From Spirogloea muscicola (taxonomy: Eukaryota), in contig WELB01000003.1 of NCBI GenBank assembly GCA_009602725.1, positions 960,064-994,158 on the forward strand: DNA of 34,095 bases, given 5' to 3'. The notes beneath the pieces were generated by a model that worked only from the letters and a program-made list of their open reading frames with translations, ran no database searches and was not told the DNA's origin. The position numbers were made by a program, and so were the translations under genes. Below are positions 19,729 to 32,170 of the stretch, piece by piece; the first letter of the stretch is position 1; each line of letters opens with the position of its first letter.

Positions 19729-22700
19729 TCAAATCGACTCGGGACAGGTTGCTCGTCCTCTCATTGAGACTCTGCTGACTTGTATGGGCACCTCCATCTG
19801 CATGACATTCCAGCCCTGGAGCACAAGCCTCGGCACCTGGCCATCCTTCACACGGAACGTCACCCTGACATCTCGCCGCTCTCCGGGCACAAGGGATAGG
19901 TAGTTGTCTGAGTAGCGCACGGGCAAAATCCTGCCGTCTCCCAAGGTGTCACTGCCGGCAGGTCCCCTGGCAAAAACGGCCAGCTGAAGCCAGAAGGCTA
20001 CGCAAGGCGAGCTGTCATCGTCAGCCTCCTCGGTGCTTACTCGTCCACTCGCTTCGGCAGGCGTGTACGGCGCCAAACGCTGCCTGTGATACTCAATAAA
20101 TCGAGCATGCTCATCCTCGATCGCTGCCTCAGTGGACGGACGTGTGCAGCCACCATGGCAGACCAGGGGCACCAATTCCTGCGATGCAGTGCGCCCCCTT
20201 TTTTCACATGTATTCTCGAGGGACACAGCAACCTCGTACTCATCAGCATTGACGCTCACAGTCGCGATAGCGGACACTTTGGCCTTTCTCTCTCTGAACA
20301 TGCCCTGCAGGGCAGTGTAATCAGCCCCCTCCTTGTGCAGCCAATAGAAGTTGCTCGACAGACTGTGGCCCTTGGAGGTCTCAAGAGCCAAGCTGAGGAA
20401 GTACACAGGGCTGACCCCAATACACGAGCAACTTGGCACCTGCACAAGGACAAAAGTGGACCGGGCAACCTTCATCATCTTCAGCACTCTGCAAGAGCTT
20501 GCAAAGTACACAGGCTATTGATGTGCATTACGCAGCCCAGCAAGCTGAGGGCTAGTCGACTAAGTCTGAAGCATCTCACAACTAATGGCAGGTGTCCATT
20601 CAATGCATTCTTCACATCAATTGACTAGCACATTATTGTGTATTGTAATACTAGTTCCACATGTGCTTGCTAAGGTGCAAGCTTCTGCGCAGTCATTTCT
20701 CCACCCCAATGTAACTCCACACATCTCCTGGGAGATCCTTGAGCTGGTGTAGGGTGGTAAATCAATGTCCTCGTACATTTCTCCGCTGGGGCAGGAACCA
20801 TCGAGATTGAATATGTTAGTCCGCACTTTGGCACTCCTCAGATGTTGTCGCGTTGTGTTGATGACCTGAACAGATACCCAAGTGACATTAGCTGGTGGCC
20901 CCTTTGCAGTATGATGCTCTTCAACCACAGGCCATTGGGCGGCTTTCCTTGTCATACATCCTGTCACAGACATCCTCTTCCAAATTAGAGTGACAGCTCT
21001 CCTTGTGACGCAAAGAAGACTTGAGTCATGAATAAAGAGTGGTAAAAGTGACAATCTTCATGGGCATAACATCAGACTAACATTGTACCTCTACAGCGCA
21101 GTTATGAGGGTTGTACTGGATATGAATGGGCTCCGCTGCAAGTTTGGTACCAAAGAAGCCACCAGTCACATCAAGAAGCGAGTCATAGAGCTGTCCTCTC
21201 AAACCTGGCCAAGGATTCTGGGTCTTCCAGATGAGTAGACCAGTGTACGAGGTCCACATGCGAGAATTCCATGACTCAATCAATGCTCGGTATTGTACAT
21301 AGTTCACCAACTGTGCCTGCACGTCAAATTAACACGATCTTTAGCCAAGAGGGACAAGCTGTAGCGCTACAGGTAAGAAACGTTTTGCAGAGGTTGCTTC
21401 TTTGTCCATAACAGGGTGCAAGAAAGTGTGAGGAGAGCAACAGATGTGATCTCCAATGTATACCCTCATACTGTACTGACAAACTTGAGATGCTCTTGCA
21501 TGCAAATTAGAGGAAAATCTCTAATGCTATACGACATAGAGCCATAGCAAATAAGGCAGGACTGACCTTCTCACAAAAATCATCAAGGTCTGCATAAGAA
21601 CCATACTGAGTTATCTGATTGGGCACCACATTTGGTTGTGAATAAGGAATATAAGTGTGTTGCGTCCATGTGTCGTTTGGCACCTCAATCTCTCCTCCTC
21701 CTGGCTGTGCCATGATGACAGGAGGGCTCCATGCTTCGATAGGCATGGTCGCTCTCACTGTGGCTGCTACTGGCACACCCACGGAGCCTACAGTGCATAC
21801 AAAACAAGGCAGCTTGTCAGCCCTCTCCAGACCTTGCGGGTGCACTAGTGCATGCGTGTCGTACATAACAACAATGTGAGTTACACATGGGTTTTGGATT
21901 CACCAATCTCGGGGTTAAAGGCATACGGGTAGAAGTTGTCCTTAAAATATGTTTCTGGTTCCTGGATTGTGTATGGCCCATCGCGGAAGTCCCCATTCCC
22001 CTTTGCAAAGCCTCCCCAAAGAGAGCCCTGGATGTAGATCCTGCTGCCATCCAAGCACCTGCTGGGGTCATCCTTCTCACCGTGCTGACTACCACAAATG
22101 GATGACGTGCCTGATGAGTGATCTGGTTGACGGTGTGCCAGATGGCAGCATGTCCATGTTGAGGAAGGTAAGGCAGAAGGTGGTGCTTCATTGGAGGTCA
22201 GCCCAGTGGTCCGATCTTGTGAAGAAACCGTTTCGTTTGAGGGCATCTCACTTTCTGCCTCTATATTCTTGTCCACGATTTTCTTGTGGGAGCTACCATG
22301 CAAGTGCAACCAGCTTAGCAGGGCGTCATTGATATTCTTTGCTGGATGCTGCTCATTCCCTCCGACCCACAGAGCAAGGCTGGCATGGTTTCTGAGCATC
22401 TTGATTGTGTCTTCGGGGAATTGGAGGAACATGGCGTGATCAAGTGGCCAACTTGACTCTGATGGCGGAATGCCTCTCCCATTGCAATCTCCGGTGATCC
22501 AGAACTCCTGCCACACCTGATGACCCGAAGCAGAGCAGGCAATTGAGAACCTACCCACAAGCAGACAGGATGGACAAGGTATAGCCTGCAACGATCACCT
22601 AGATCCACCTCATCGATCATTCATTTGTAGGCAACCAATGGGATGGACTGCTTGATGAAAAGTATGTCTCTGTCTCAATGGCAAGGAGCTTGTAACCCAA

Positions 22701-25700
22701 ATCGCTTCTGCAGGCCGAATGGCGACAAAAGTAGCATGGCCTCATTGCAGGTGCTTCTAAGTCCCATGTTGTCAGCATGACCTAGAACAGGGGTATTTGC
22801 TCACAAGGAGACCAAGCTCGTCACAAGCATTGTAGAAATCCGGACGCTCTGCGAGGGCGCCTCCCCAGATTCTCATCATGTTGAGGTTCATATCGGCATG
22901 GAACTGCAGCTCAGTTTTGTACCTGTCTTTGGACAGCCTTAGCATGCCATCTGACACTATCCAATTTGCACCTCGTATGAAAAGAGGCTCTCCATTCACA
23001 AAAAACTTCCTGTAACAATGTCCCACAATGATGACACAGTTATGACTGCTCACGACTGTCATGATGCAACAATAACAATGCCCATCTAGATTCCATGACC
23101 GTGATACCACCTTGGGTCTCCTAATAGATAGAATTTAGTGGCAAAAACCACTGACCACAGGAACATGAGGACAAGCAAGCGCAGCAGAAACAGCAGCTAC
23201 ATGTACTAATATATTGATTCAGCTGTCACCCGCAATAGGTGTCACCTGCTTGCTAGCCTGCCTTCAGGCCTGAGATGGCTTGAGCAGTATGCAAGAGACT
23301 AACCTTCCCCCAGTGTCGTCATCAATCACACTCTCAATGTGGCGGAAACCAAATCTGCCCATCCACGTGTCACTTTCTCCGTAATTCCTGATGTCTAAAA
23401 TGATCTGCACTGAGTAGAGCGATTGAGAGCCCATCCCATTGGGCCACCAAAGCCTAGGCTTCCTGAAGGTCAGCTGAAAAACAGGCATACAAGACAACAC
23501 AACTAAAGTGTAAGAATACTTTACACCACTCACTCTCTCTTGCCAATGTTGCTTCTCACGCATGATGCAGCAAATCCACAGAACAGCGACTACACGCATG
23601 CATACCATTCAGCTGAACTGGAATACTTGTCTGTCAGATTGTGGACCAATTATGCAGTCCCAAATGTGCGAGACTGAGGAAGGCAATCTCAGGAACCTTC
23701 AGAAAGCAAGAGCAAGACCTGAATGGGCATCCTCACAGGACTCACCGGTCGCAAAGTATGAAGAACAGACTCGTGGGCAGTCAATGTGATGTCCTCTGTA
23801 TAGACATGTTCAATGCACACCAGGCCGCCTCCTTCTGAATCATCCAAAGAAACCTCAACAGTGAGGGTCCCCTGACATGAATGAGGCAGATGGTTGACTA
23901 GCATCGCTGAGATGTGCAGCTTTGCTGTCTGGTAGGACCTCCTCGCTTGCCTCTCTTCCTCCTGAAATACCGCCACCAAGTGGGGATCTCGCAGAACCGC
24001 AGGCTGGAAGACAAGGGGTTGACATTGACAAGGTTGCTTGTCAATGTGTTTGACCAGACAATAATATTGTTTCTGAAGGGAAAGAGTATCTGTCTTAGTC
24101 AGGAGCTCAAGAGCTAGAATGCAAGGGAATTGAGCAGTCTGCGGGCCAGTGACCCAACTCACCCCTGAGACAGAGACCACAACCTTGTCCCAGATGCCAG
24201 TATTCCGGTCCCTGCGCAATGTCAAGGTGGCACTAGATACAATAAGGTCATGAACTCAGAAGCTTCTGCGTAGCCCTTTGGTAAGCACTAAACAAAAGCA
24301 CTAGATTTTGCCAGCAACCCCAGAAATGCCAGATTTAGCTGATGGACACATTGCTTCCAGCAACAATGAGGAACTGCTGCAATGGAACAGAGCAGCCTAG
24401 GATGGATGATTGCTACATCGTGAATGACATTCTGATGACGTGCTAAAAGTTACAATTCTCATGAAAACTCTCATGTCCAGCAAGAGATGCTAAGTTGCCG
24501 GTACAAGGTAAATGCGCAAAAGATGAATTTGCCAGATGGCTCGAACTCAGCTGACGTACTAGAGACCTTTGGATTATAGTGCTTTGAAGGACTGATTTGA
24601 CCAACATTTACCAAGGAAACAAGCATCACGATTTGCTGGTTGAGCAATTCCATCATCGTCGATAATCATTTCTCCCACATTGGCAACAGCTCAGAATGTT
24701 GAGACTTCCAACAACTCAGAATGGTCAGTCTGGAGGCTGACCTGATGGGAATGATCCAATCCCAACCCTCAACATACTGGGCAGTTACATCCTTGGCTAT
24801 CTGCAACTTGTCACACCACAGGACCAACGTGAACAATTGTTGCACACAATTGAAGCACAATGTAGCAACTTCGTAGGAATTAACCATTGAGCGAGCTTGA
24901 AAGAGCAGAGGAAACTCACGTCATGGTCACCACCCTGGCCCCAACCTTGGACATTGCCAGGGTGGTCAGGCGGGTGCACAAGTACAGCGAGTTGGTTGGT
25001 GCCCCCCCAGACGACATCGGTGATGTCAGCCTGGTGCCTGAGGAACATGCCCTTTGTCTGTGCCACCTTGAAGCCATTGACAAATATTTCTGCCGAATAG
25101 TTGACGCCCCAAAACTCCAACCATACCCTGGATGTGAGCTGCTCCAACATGCTTCAGAAAAGGAAGTCAGCCCATCTTGGCAACTGCAAGAGCTACTCCA
25201 ACTCAAGCAGACTACAGATTGAGATTACCGTGAGGTGGGAAATGGGCGCCCCTGGCAACTCAAAGGAGGTGCAGAACCAAAACGTGTAGAAGTCGCGACC
25301 AGCGGTGTGGATGTCAGGGATCTGCTGGTTGTTGAGACCGTAGAACGGGTCTGGAAATATTCCGTTGTGCACCAGGGTGGTCAAGACTCTGCAGGGTCTT
25401 GACTAGGACATGGTCAAGCGTGCTACACCCACGTGCATGCAGCGTGGCTTAGTTACAACATTATGCATGAGTAGGAGCAAAGGTCCTGCTGGGGCTCCAC
25501 ATCCGCTCTACTCTGCTTTCTATTTTCATTGAGCTGCCTCGTAAGATCCGACAGATAGTACAGAACGATAGGGAAGGTGGCATTGGCACTCACGTGCCAG
25601 GCACCACGGCTGCAAGCCAAGTGTCATCATTGGAAGTCGGAGCAAGTCGTGAGCTGAGTTCTGACCCATTGTGCCGCACCTCACTGAAACAAAACAGCAA

Positions 25701-26120
25701 TGAATGCCCAAGATGCCTCAATGAGGAGGTGCTCATTGTCGACAATCGCCGTCAATGTTGCAACTACAAAATCTCAGCCTGGCAACTTGATAAGCAGCAG
25801 CCGATCAAGCCAGAGACAGTAAGCAGTCATGGAAAAATACAACAAGTGTGCAGATGATAGTGCGTCACTAGCGGACTATGACACGGCAAGCTAAGGTGCT
25901 GGCGATGGTCCAGCCAGCCGTTCGCTAGCTTTGCAGTTTGACCACCAGCAGAGCCGCTGGCCACCAAAGGCCACGCAAGCTGCAGCTGAGGCTCCTCGTG
26001 GCCACGCTTCCCGCGTAGGCAAAGGAGCGATGGAATTCAAGCCTAGGGGCTGAGGGCGTCCCAGGGTCCGCGGCACCTGGCTCGCTTGGCCACCCAGCCG
26101 TGGTCGAGGTTGCGCCACAT
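19729..26120 (-). CDS. EBM: Mannosylglycoprotein endo-beta-mannosidase (GH2), about 14 exons
   Basis: Exon 1 26120-26077 [15 protein letters not shown]; then [92 protein letters not shown] (acid/base), FNPEIG (nucleophile), [18 protein letters not shown]; stop at 19729. Confidence 0.93.
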
Positions 26121-26544
26121 GGCGCCGCCGCCGCCGTTGCGGCGGCGGCGAAGCGAGCGAAGGCCCTGCCCTGGTTACTCCGCGGCCACCTGAAGGTTCC
26201 ACCTCGATTACAGGCAAGTGAAATGGACAGCGGCATGATGCCCGCTCCGGCGCGTTGGAATGAAGTGAGAGCCATCGCGGGCAAATCAGAAGCTAGCTTC
26301 TTCGATGAAGTAGCTCTTTCAGAGAGAGAAGGCGCGCGGGGCGCATGAATTGAAAGGGAGGCCAATTCAAGCCAATACATTCAGAGGAGAAAGGAAAGAG
26401 AAGGAAAAGGTGAAGTAAAAGGGCGCGAGGGCTGAGTAAAGCCAGCCCCAAAATAGATGGACAAGGTCCAGAAACAAGGGCCGAAAGGCGCAAGAACTAC
26501 ACAGCTATGCCAAGTGGCTACAGCACATGGCCACATCAGCTCGA

Positions 26545-27440
26545 AAATTTCGTGTATTTGAAACAAACATAGGCCAATGGCCAAGTACAAAGGCAAGCAA
26601 GCACATCTAAATATCTACATAACCTACAGCAGGTTGACCCGCTCAATATCCACGGGTCAAAACATAAAGGTCGCTAACCGATGCATGAATACTAGATGTC
26701 AGGTACGAAGCCCTTTTGTCACCAACTAGAGCTCGCCCAGCTTTCTGATGCAAGGCATTAGCCTGAGCTCGCTGCAAACAGGCCGAAACTCGACGTCGCA
26801 AGAACGACAAATATGCAGCTGGCAAGCCCATTTCAGCCGGAAACACATCTGCACGTCGTGTGTAGCCTAGATTGGCAATGTTCTGGAGGAGGGTGTGAAA
26901 TCGAGGACCCAGACAGCCATAGATGTCGATTGCCGCTGGCAGGAGCTGGTCGCATCGAGGGTACTCGGAGTAGTGCTGCATCTTCCTTTGTTCTGCACTG
27001 CCCACTGCGTGACCAGCGATGTGTGTTGACGCTGGACCTTAATACGCCTCAGTGACAACCACGTCGACCAGGGCCCGTGGTCCTCCACCAGGTTGTACGC
27101 CCACAGTGTCAAGTGTGCGGCGATGATGACGTCCCTGTGCGTCCGTGGTGATGGGCATGATGTTGTTGACTTCCCCGACCGCCCGGTAGCCGGCGTCGCG
27201 CATCAAGCCCGCGAGGGCATCGCGAAGGAGGTTGTGGATGCCCACCACTTCTGGTCCAGTGGAACATCTCAGCATGTGAGTGGCGAGCTCAGCACCCTCT
27301 GCACGGAAGCCACACTCGCACTGGCGCACCCCAATCAGGCAGTTGGGTGGGAGGCCGAGGAAGAGTTGAAGCGACGTCCGAAAGGCCTCGGAGCTGATGC
27401 TGAAGGCGTTGGCGACGGCGTGAGAGGTAGGCCACATCAG
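26545..27440 (-). mobile_element. Longest 5'-truncated RLE non-LTR retrotransposon (CRE-like) remnant: Zn knuckle plus restriction-like endonuclease, pseudogenised
   Basis: ORFs 27039..27437 and 26643..27005 share a frame, separated by TAA. Motifs: LGLP, CECG...HMLRC, IHNLLRD, TLD...LVDVVVT, AEQRK..HY, LPAAIDIYG, RVSACLQRAQA. These are typical of the RLE C-terminus. No RT domain is present. Confidence 0.85.
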
Positions 27441-27441
27441 C

Positions 27442-27820
27442 TCAGTAACCCTGGTCAGCAGCCGCTAGTCAGGGGTAATTAGCAGCTGGAAAAGAGTCAC
27501 CCCCGACGAAAGCAGAAGCAGCTGCCAAAGTGCAGCCCGCAAGTGTCACTGCATGAACCTAGGAACGCTGGAGTGAGACAGAGAGCCGCATGCAGGACAG
27601 ACACGGCCGCATTGAAGCCGGGAGCTCACCTTGCTGTCCCTGATGACGATTAACTGCCCGCCGAGCAAGCAGCTGCAGGAGTCCCAGTCACCGCCTGCCA
27701 AACGCCCCGTGCACGTCCATTGTCAAAGCCACCAAACCATGCCAGCAGGGTGGTCGCGTACTTGCGCTCTCCATCGCCTGCAGCCTTCCCACCCGTGTAC
27801 CCTGGCTCCAACGCCGATCT
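27442..27820 (-). mobile_element. Degenerate RLE retrotransposon fragment, head-to-tail with the preceding copy
   Basis: GKAAGDGERKY / LVALTMDVHGAFGRR*LGLLQLLARRAVNRHQGQQ / MRLSVSLQRS / RLLTR with stops and frameshifts; same subfamily as 7585-7853. Confidence 0.7.
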
Positions 27821-29002
27821 GGTGGAAAAGAAGAAACAGTTCATAATAATAGTAAGGCGATGGTTGTCAGAGGCCAGCCCAGAAGGAACAGACAAGATTG
27901 AAAAAGAAAGAAGTCGCTCCGCCCAAGTCCAAAGCGGCAGCCAGGGCAGGACCAGCACGTGAATGCAAGGCATGTGCCAACAGTTGCTGCCTCTACATAC
28001 TTGACAGCAAACAAGGTCTGGAAAGGTTGGAAAGTGCTAAACCATACAGCTACGCAAATGCCTGCTTTGAATGGGCGAGCAATTCCTTTGAATAGAAGCT
28101 CAGCCCTAGTCAGCAGCTGCAAATTAGAGTAGTTTGCAGCTGGAAAAATGTCACCCAGCGATTCTTAAAACCAGCAAAAGCGCGGTTTGCCAGCAAGTGT
28201 ACTGCACTGGGACGCTGAAGCAACACTGGCAGGCAGATGCGGAAAACCTGCATAGGCGACATCGAAGTCGGGCTGCTCAGCTCTCTGTCCTTGGGTCACG
28301 CAAGTTCACGCTCGACGGCCACCGAGCCCCGAGCCGGATCATTGCCAAGGCGGACGTCTGATCAGAAGAAAGTGCTCGCCCATTGAGAATAGGGGCTGGA
28401 ACAACCAGCCCGAAAAAGAATGAACAGAGTACGAGAAGGGGGCCAGGGGAAGCGCTAAGTAACAAGCGTCTGATCGGGCTTCACTTTGCTGCCTGGCCGA
28501 CGTCCTTTGGCAGCCGTTTGGCCTCGGGGAGCGGGAAGGCCAACCGCCGGGCTGGGCACCGGGCGAAGGGGGAAAAATTTTCGGCCCCTTCGGACCCTTT
28601 TTCCGGGCCGGCTGTTCACAGCCCCCACTTGCTTTTGGAAGAGCCACTTTCACGATCAAAAGGAGAAAGACTCTTAGTTCCTTAAGAGAGACTCGTCTTA
28701 GTCCTTGTCCATTCCTGTGGGCTGGCCTCTCCCAGCCACCAGTCAATCTGGCAGCGCTTGCTTCTTCTTAGGTACTTAAGAAAGACTCGTCCAGTAGTGG
28801 GCGATGGCTGTGATTGGCAGCCCAGACAACAGAATGAACAAAGATCGAAGGGGACAGAAAAGCCTAAATTTCCTTACACCACATTGAGCAGCCGCAGATC
28901 AGTGAAAGATGTCTCCAACTAGCCTCGCTTTTGGCCCCTTCGAACCTTTGTCAATTCTTTTCTGGCTGGCTTTTCACAGCCCCTGCCCCCATTGTAAGGA
29001 GA

Positions 29003-29430
29003 TTCGTGTATTTGAAACAAACGAAGGCCAAATGGCCAAGTACAAAGGCAAGCACATCTGAGACCTATAAAACCTACAGCAGAATGACCCGCTCAGTAAC
29101 CGCGGGTCAAAACATGAAGGTCGCTAATCGATGCCTGAATACTAGATGTCGGATAAGAAGCCCTTCTGCCACCAACTAGAGCTCGCCCAGCTTTCTGGTG
29201 CAAGGCATTAGCCTGGGCACGCTGCAGACAGGCCGAAACTCGTCGTCGCAAGAAAGACAGATATGCAGCTTGCAAAAGCACATCTCAGCCGGGAACACAT
29301 CTGCTCGTCGTGTGTAGCCTAGATTGGCCATGTTGTGGAGGAGGGTGTGGAAACGCGGACCCAGACAGCCATAAGTGTCAACTGCAGCTGGCAGGAGCTG
29401 ATCGCACCGGGGGTAGTCGGAGTAGTGCAT
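29003..29430 (-). mobile_element. 5'-truncated copy of the RLE retrotransposon
   Basis: HYSDYPRCDQLLPAAVDTYGCLGPRF... with a frameshift, then ...SDLHVLTRGY* (29093) and a 3' UTR matching 26545-26642. Confidence 0.9.
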
Positions 29431-29530
29431 TGGGAATGCCACTTCTTCGCTTAATCAAGAGGACTTTCGAGAACGGCCTGCAAGCCCCCCTCCCCCGGGC
29501 CAGAGCCCCGGCTGCAGCTCCGCGAGCTCC

Positions 29531-31539
29531 ATGGCGGCCGCCGCGCCGCGCGCGCTCGCCGGCCCGCCGCCACCGCTGCTGCTGCTGCTGCTGCTGCTGG
29601 CTCCCGCGCCGCCCGGCCGCAGCTCGCCCGGTCGGTCGCCCATGGCCGGCTTCGTCTGGTGGCGCGAGCTGGGCTTCTGTGGCGCCGCCGGTGTGCGCGT
29701 CCCAAAGGTCGCAAGCTCGTCGCTGATGGCGCTGGCGTTCCATGCCCGACTGACTGCCTCCTCTGTCCTGCGGTCTGCAGCACCTGACTGCAGGTTGCCG
29801 AGCATCGCCGTGCGCCGTGGTGGCAGCGTCTACTGCCTCACCTGCACGGCTGATCAGATGCTCCAGGTACTACGGAAAACCCGTTCTATTGAGATGTCAG
29901 GCATGCTGCCAATGCGGGAACATGAGCTGATCCACATCTATGCAGGGCATGCCTCTTCTTTAAAGTCATGCATGACTATTAGCAACTTGACTCTGCTGCA
30001 GTGGACGCTTCTCAAGTCAGGCGCATGCGTACACATGCATCATAGTAGCTGGTATCGTGTGAGTGTGGGGAACGCTACAATCAACTAATTGCATTCATCG
30101 ATTATGCGCTTGCCCTGCACAGGTGGTGGATGACATCAGCTACTGCGCAGCCGTCGACTGCACAGCCAAGTACGGCAGCGCAAGGCCACGATGGGACGCA
30201 GTGGCGGGCCTGTGCCAGGCCTCGGAGCCGCCAACCGTGACCTGCCTTCCAGGCTTTGTGAGAGGCCAGCTCGGCTTGCACGTCTACGCACTCGACGCCT
30301 CACGCCAAGTCCTCTGCAACGACATGACAATACATCACAACACAACGGCAGTAATGCCATGTTCCCAAACGCTCCACTGATTATCATTATATACAGTATT
30401 AATATACGTGTATTTCATTACTTCGCAGGCATGCGAGACGCCGATGTGGCCGTCTCCACGGGCAGTGCAGCCAAGTAGCGCCCTCTTGCCCAAGCCGCCA
30501 GCTACACTTGGGCCGCCCGCGCCTCATCAATCCACGCCTGGTACACCGCAGCCACCGGCACGTCCTCAAGCAAACCCACGGCCAGAGCCAGCCGCGCACT
30601 CCCCACTCGTCGTGCCCAACTCTCAACAGCCACCGCAGTCGCCAGGACCAGACTGCAGCGGCCATGGGACAGCCAATGCCGATGGCGCAGGCTGCGACTG
30701 CAGCGCCGGCTGGTTAACTAACCCTGCACAAGTAAGCTCCCCGCCCAGAGGTAGCTGCAGCATCGGCACCACGCTCTGTGTACTATGTTAGCATGGAATT
30801 GTGCACAGCGCCAAGGCTGACGGAAGATAAGAGCGCCGCAAGGCAGGGCATGACGGGCGTCGTCTTCTGCAACGTTCCCGTCGGTACACTCGCAGACCCT
30901 CCCGGCACAAAATCGTATCCAGTAGCCCCCGCAGCTACAATGGGGAGCAACAGTCCAATAGCTGCACCCTCACCGACAGACACAAGCAGTTCCTCTGACC
31001 TCGCCGACTCATCGTCTCAGCCCTTCCTCTCAAGGGTAAACCCTGCCTTCGTGGTGCAAGAATCTCGCACCAGTATGCAGCGAGCCATCATCGCCTGGTC
31101 AATGATGCTTAGGACCCGCAACTGGCTTAAGACCTGCAACTACTGGCCTGTTGAATCTCTTCTAGGAAGGCATCACCTCGGGATTGTGGCTTGCATGTGA
31201 CAGTTGGCAGGGATCGTTGTGCTTGTCGCCATCCTCCTCTGCTGCTGCTGCTGCTGCCGCAGACTGTGTTGCCGCAGAAGCAAGCCCAGTCGTTCAGAGG
31301 TGACAACACGGCTTGTCTTTGAGGTTCGCTTCCTGAAGCCTGCTCTTAGCTCCATGGTGCAGCCAATGACTAGCAACATGTGTCTCGCACTTACACATAA
31401 AATCTGTGACCCCAGTCTTCTGCTGGCACATCGCAAGGCTGCCTGCCCAAGCCATGCACGTCCTTACCAGTGCTCCTCTTCCTTCTCTCATCCAGCCCAG
31501 CAGGGTCGCTCCAGCCCGGGACTTAGTGACCCCCCATGA
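29531..31539 (+). CDS. Multi-exon type I membrane protein: signal peptide, Cys-rich region, Pro-rich linker, EGF-like module, TM and Cys-string tail
   Basis: Poly-Leu signal; exons with YCLTC, YCAAVDC..CQ..TC; Pro-rich segment; DCSGHG....GCDCSAGW; TM LAGIVVLVAILL followed by CCCCCCRRLCCRR. Exact splice sites and stop are uncertain. Confidence 0.6.
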
Positions 31540-32170
31540 TGTCCCATGGCGAGCCTGGGCGCGAGAGAGGGCGGCCAACTGATGAAGGCCAGGAGATGAG
31601 CATTTGATGCCATTCATCCAGGGATGGCTAGACGAAAACGCCAGAGGAACTCTTCATTAGATATAGCGCGTCAAAGTATCACAAATCATGCTGCCCCTGC
31701 TTGGCTCTAGCAGCTGTGTTCACCCAGCATATTTTTATGTTAGAAGAAGTCCACAGATGTCAAGCGTGTTGATCCTCTTGTTGCATGACTTCTGCGACTG
31801 CTCTTACCACACCACTTGCGAATACGAAATCAAAGCTGTGATCTCACAGCCAGAGTCTATCATCAGGGTTACTCTTAGAACCAATCCAGGCGCACCTTCG
31901 AGCTACAGGGCTTGCGTAGCGTGCGCTCAAATCCAACTTACACGTTTCTAACTGCTGATTCTTGCCGCACATCAGCAAGCAAATGGGCCATGCTTTGCCA
32001 TGATAGCAATTGTCATGGAGCAACCAGGATAAGCTCCTTCAAATATGATGCCCTTATGCATGTCAGGTTGCAAGAGTAGAGCTTGACTGAGGTCTACTCA
32101 GTTGCTGCACAAAGCTAAAGCTCAAGCTCAGAAGCAAACCCTGCGCATTTGCCAAGCGTTCAAGTGCACT

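Larger units (their letters stand above)
26425..28995. repeat. Cluster 2 of the dispersed hairpin motif
   Basis: Copies near 26430(-), 27862(-), 28393(-), 28605(+), 28719(+), 28806(-), 28964(+). Pairwise near-matches to cluster 1: 28370-28445 to 6200-6265, 28790-28825 to 8370-8412, 28930-28980 to 6572-6620. Confidence 0.85.

Noticed and set aside
31198..31200. In-frame TGA before the TM segment (readthrough or selenocysteine)
   Set aside because: Explained by an intron with acceptor TGACAG ending at 31203, in phase with upstream GT donors.
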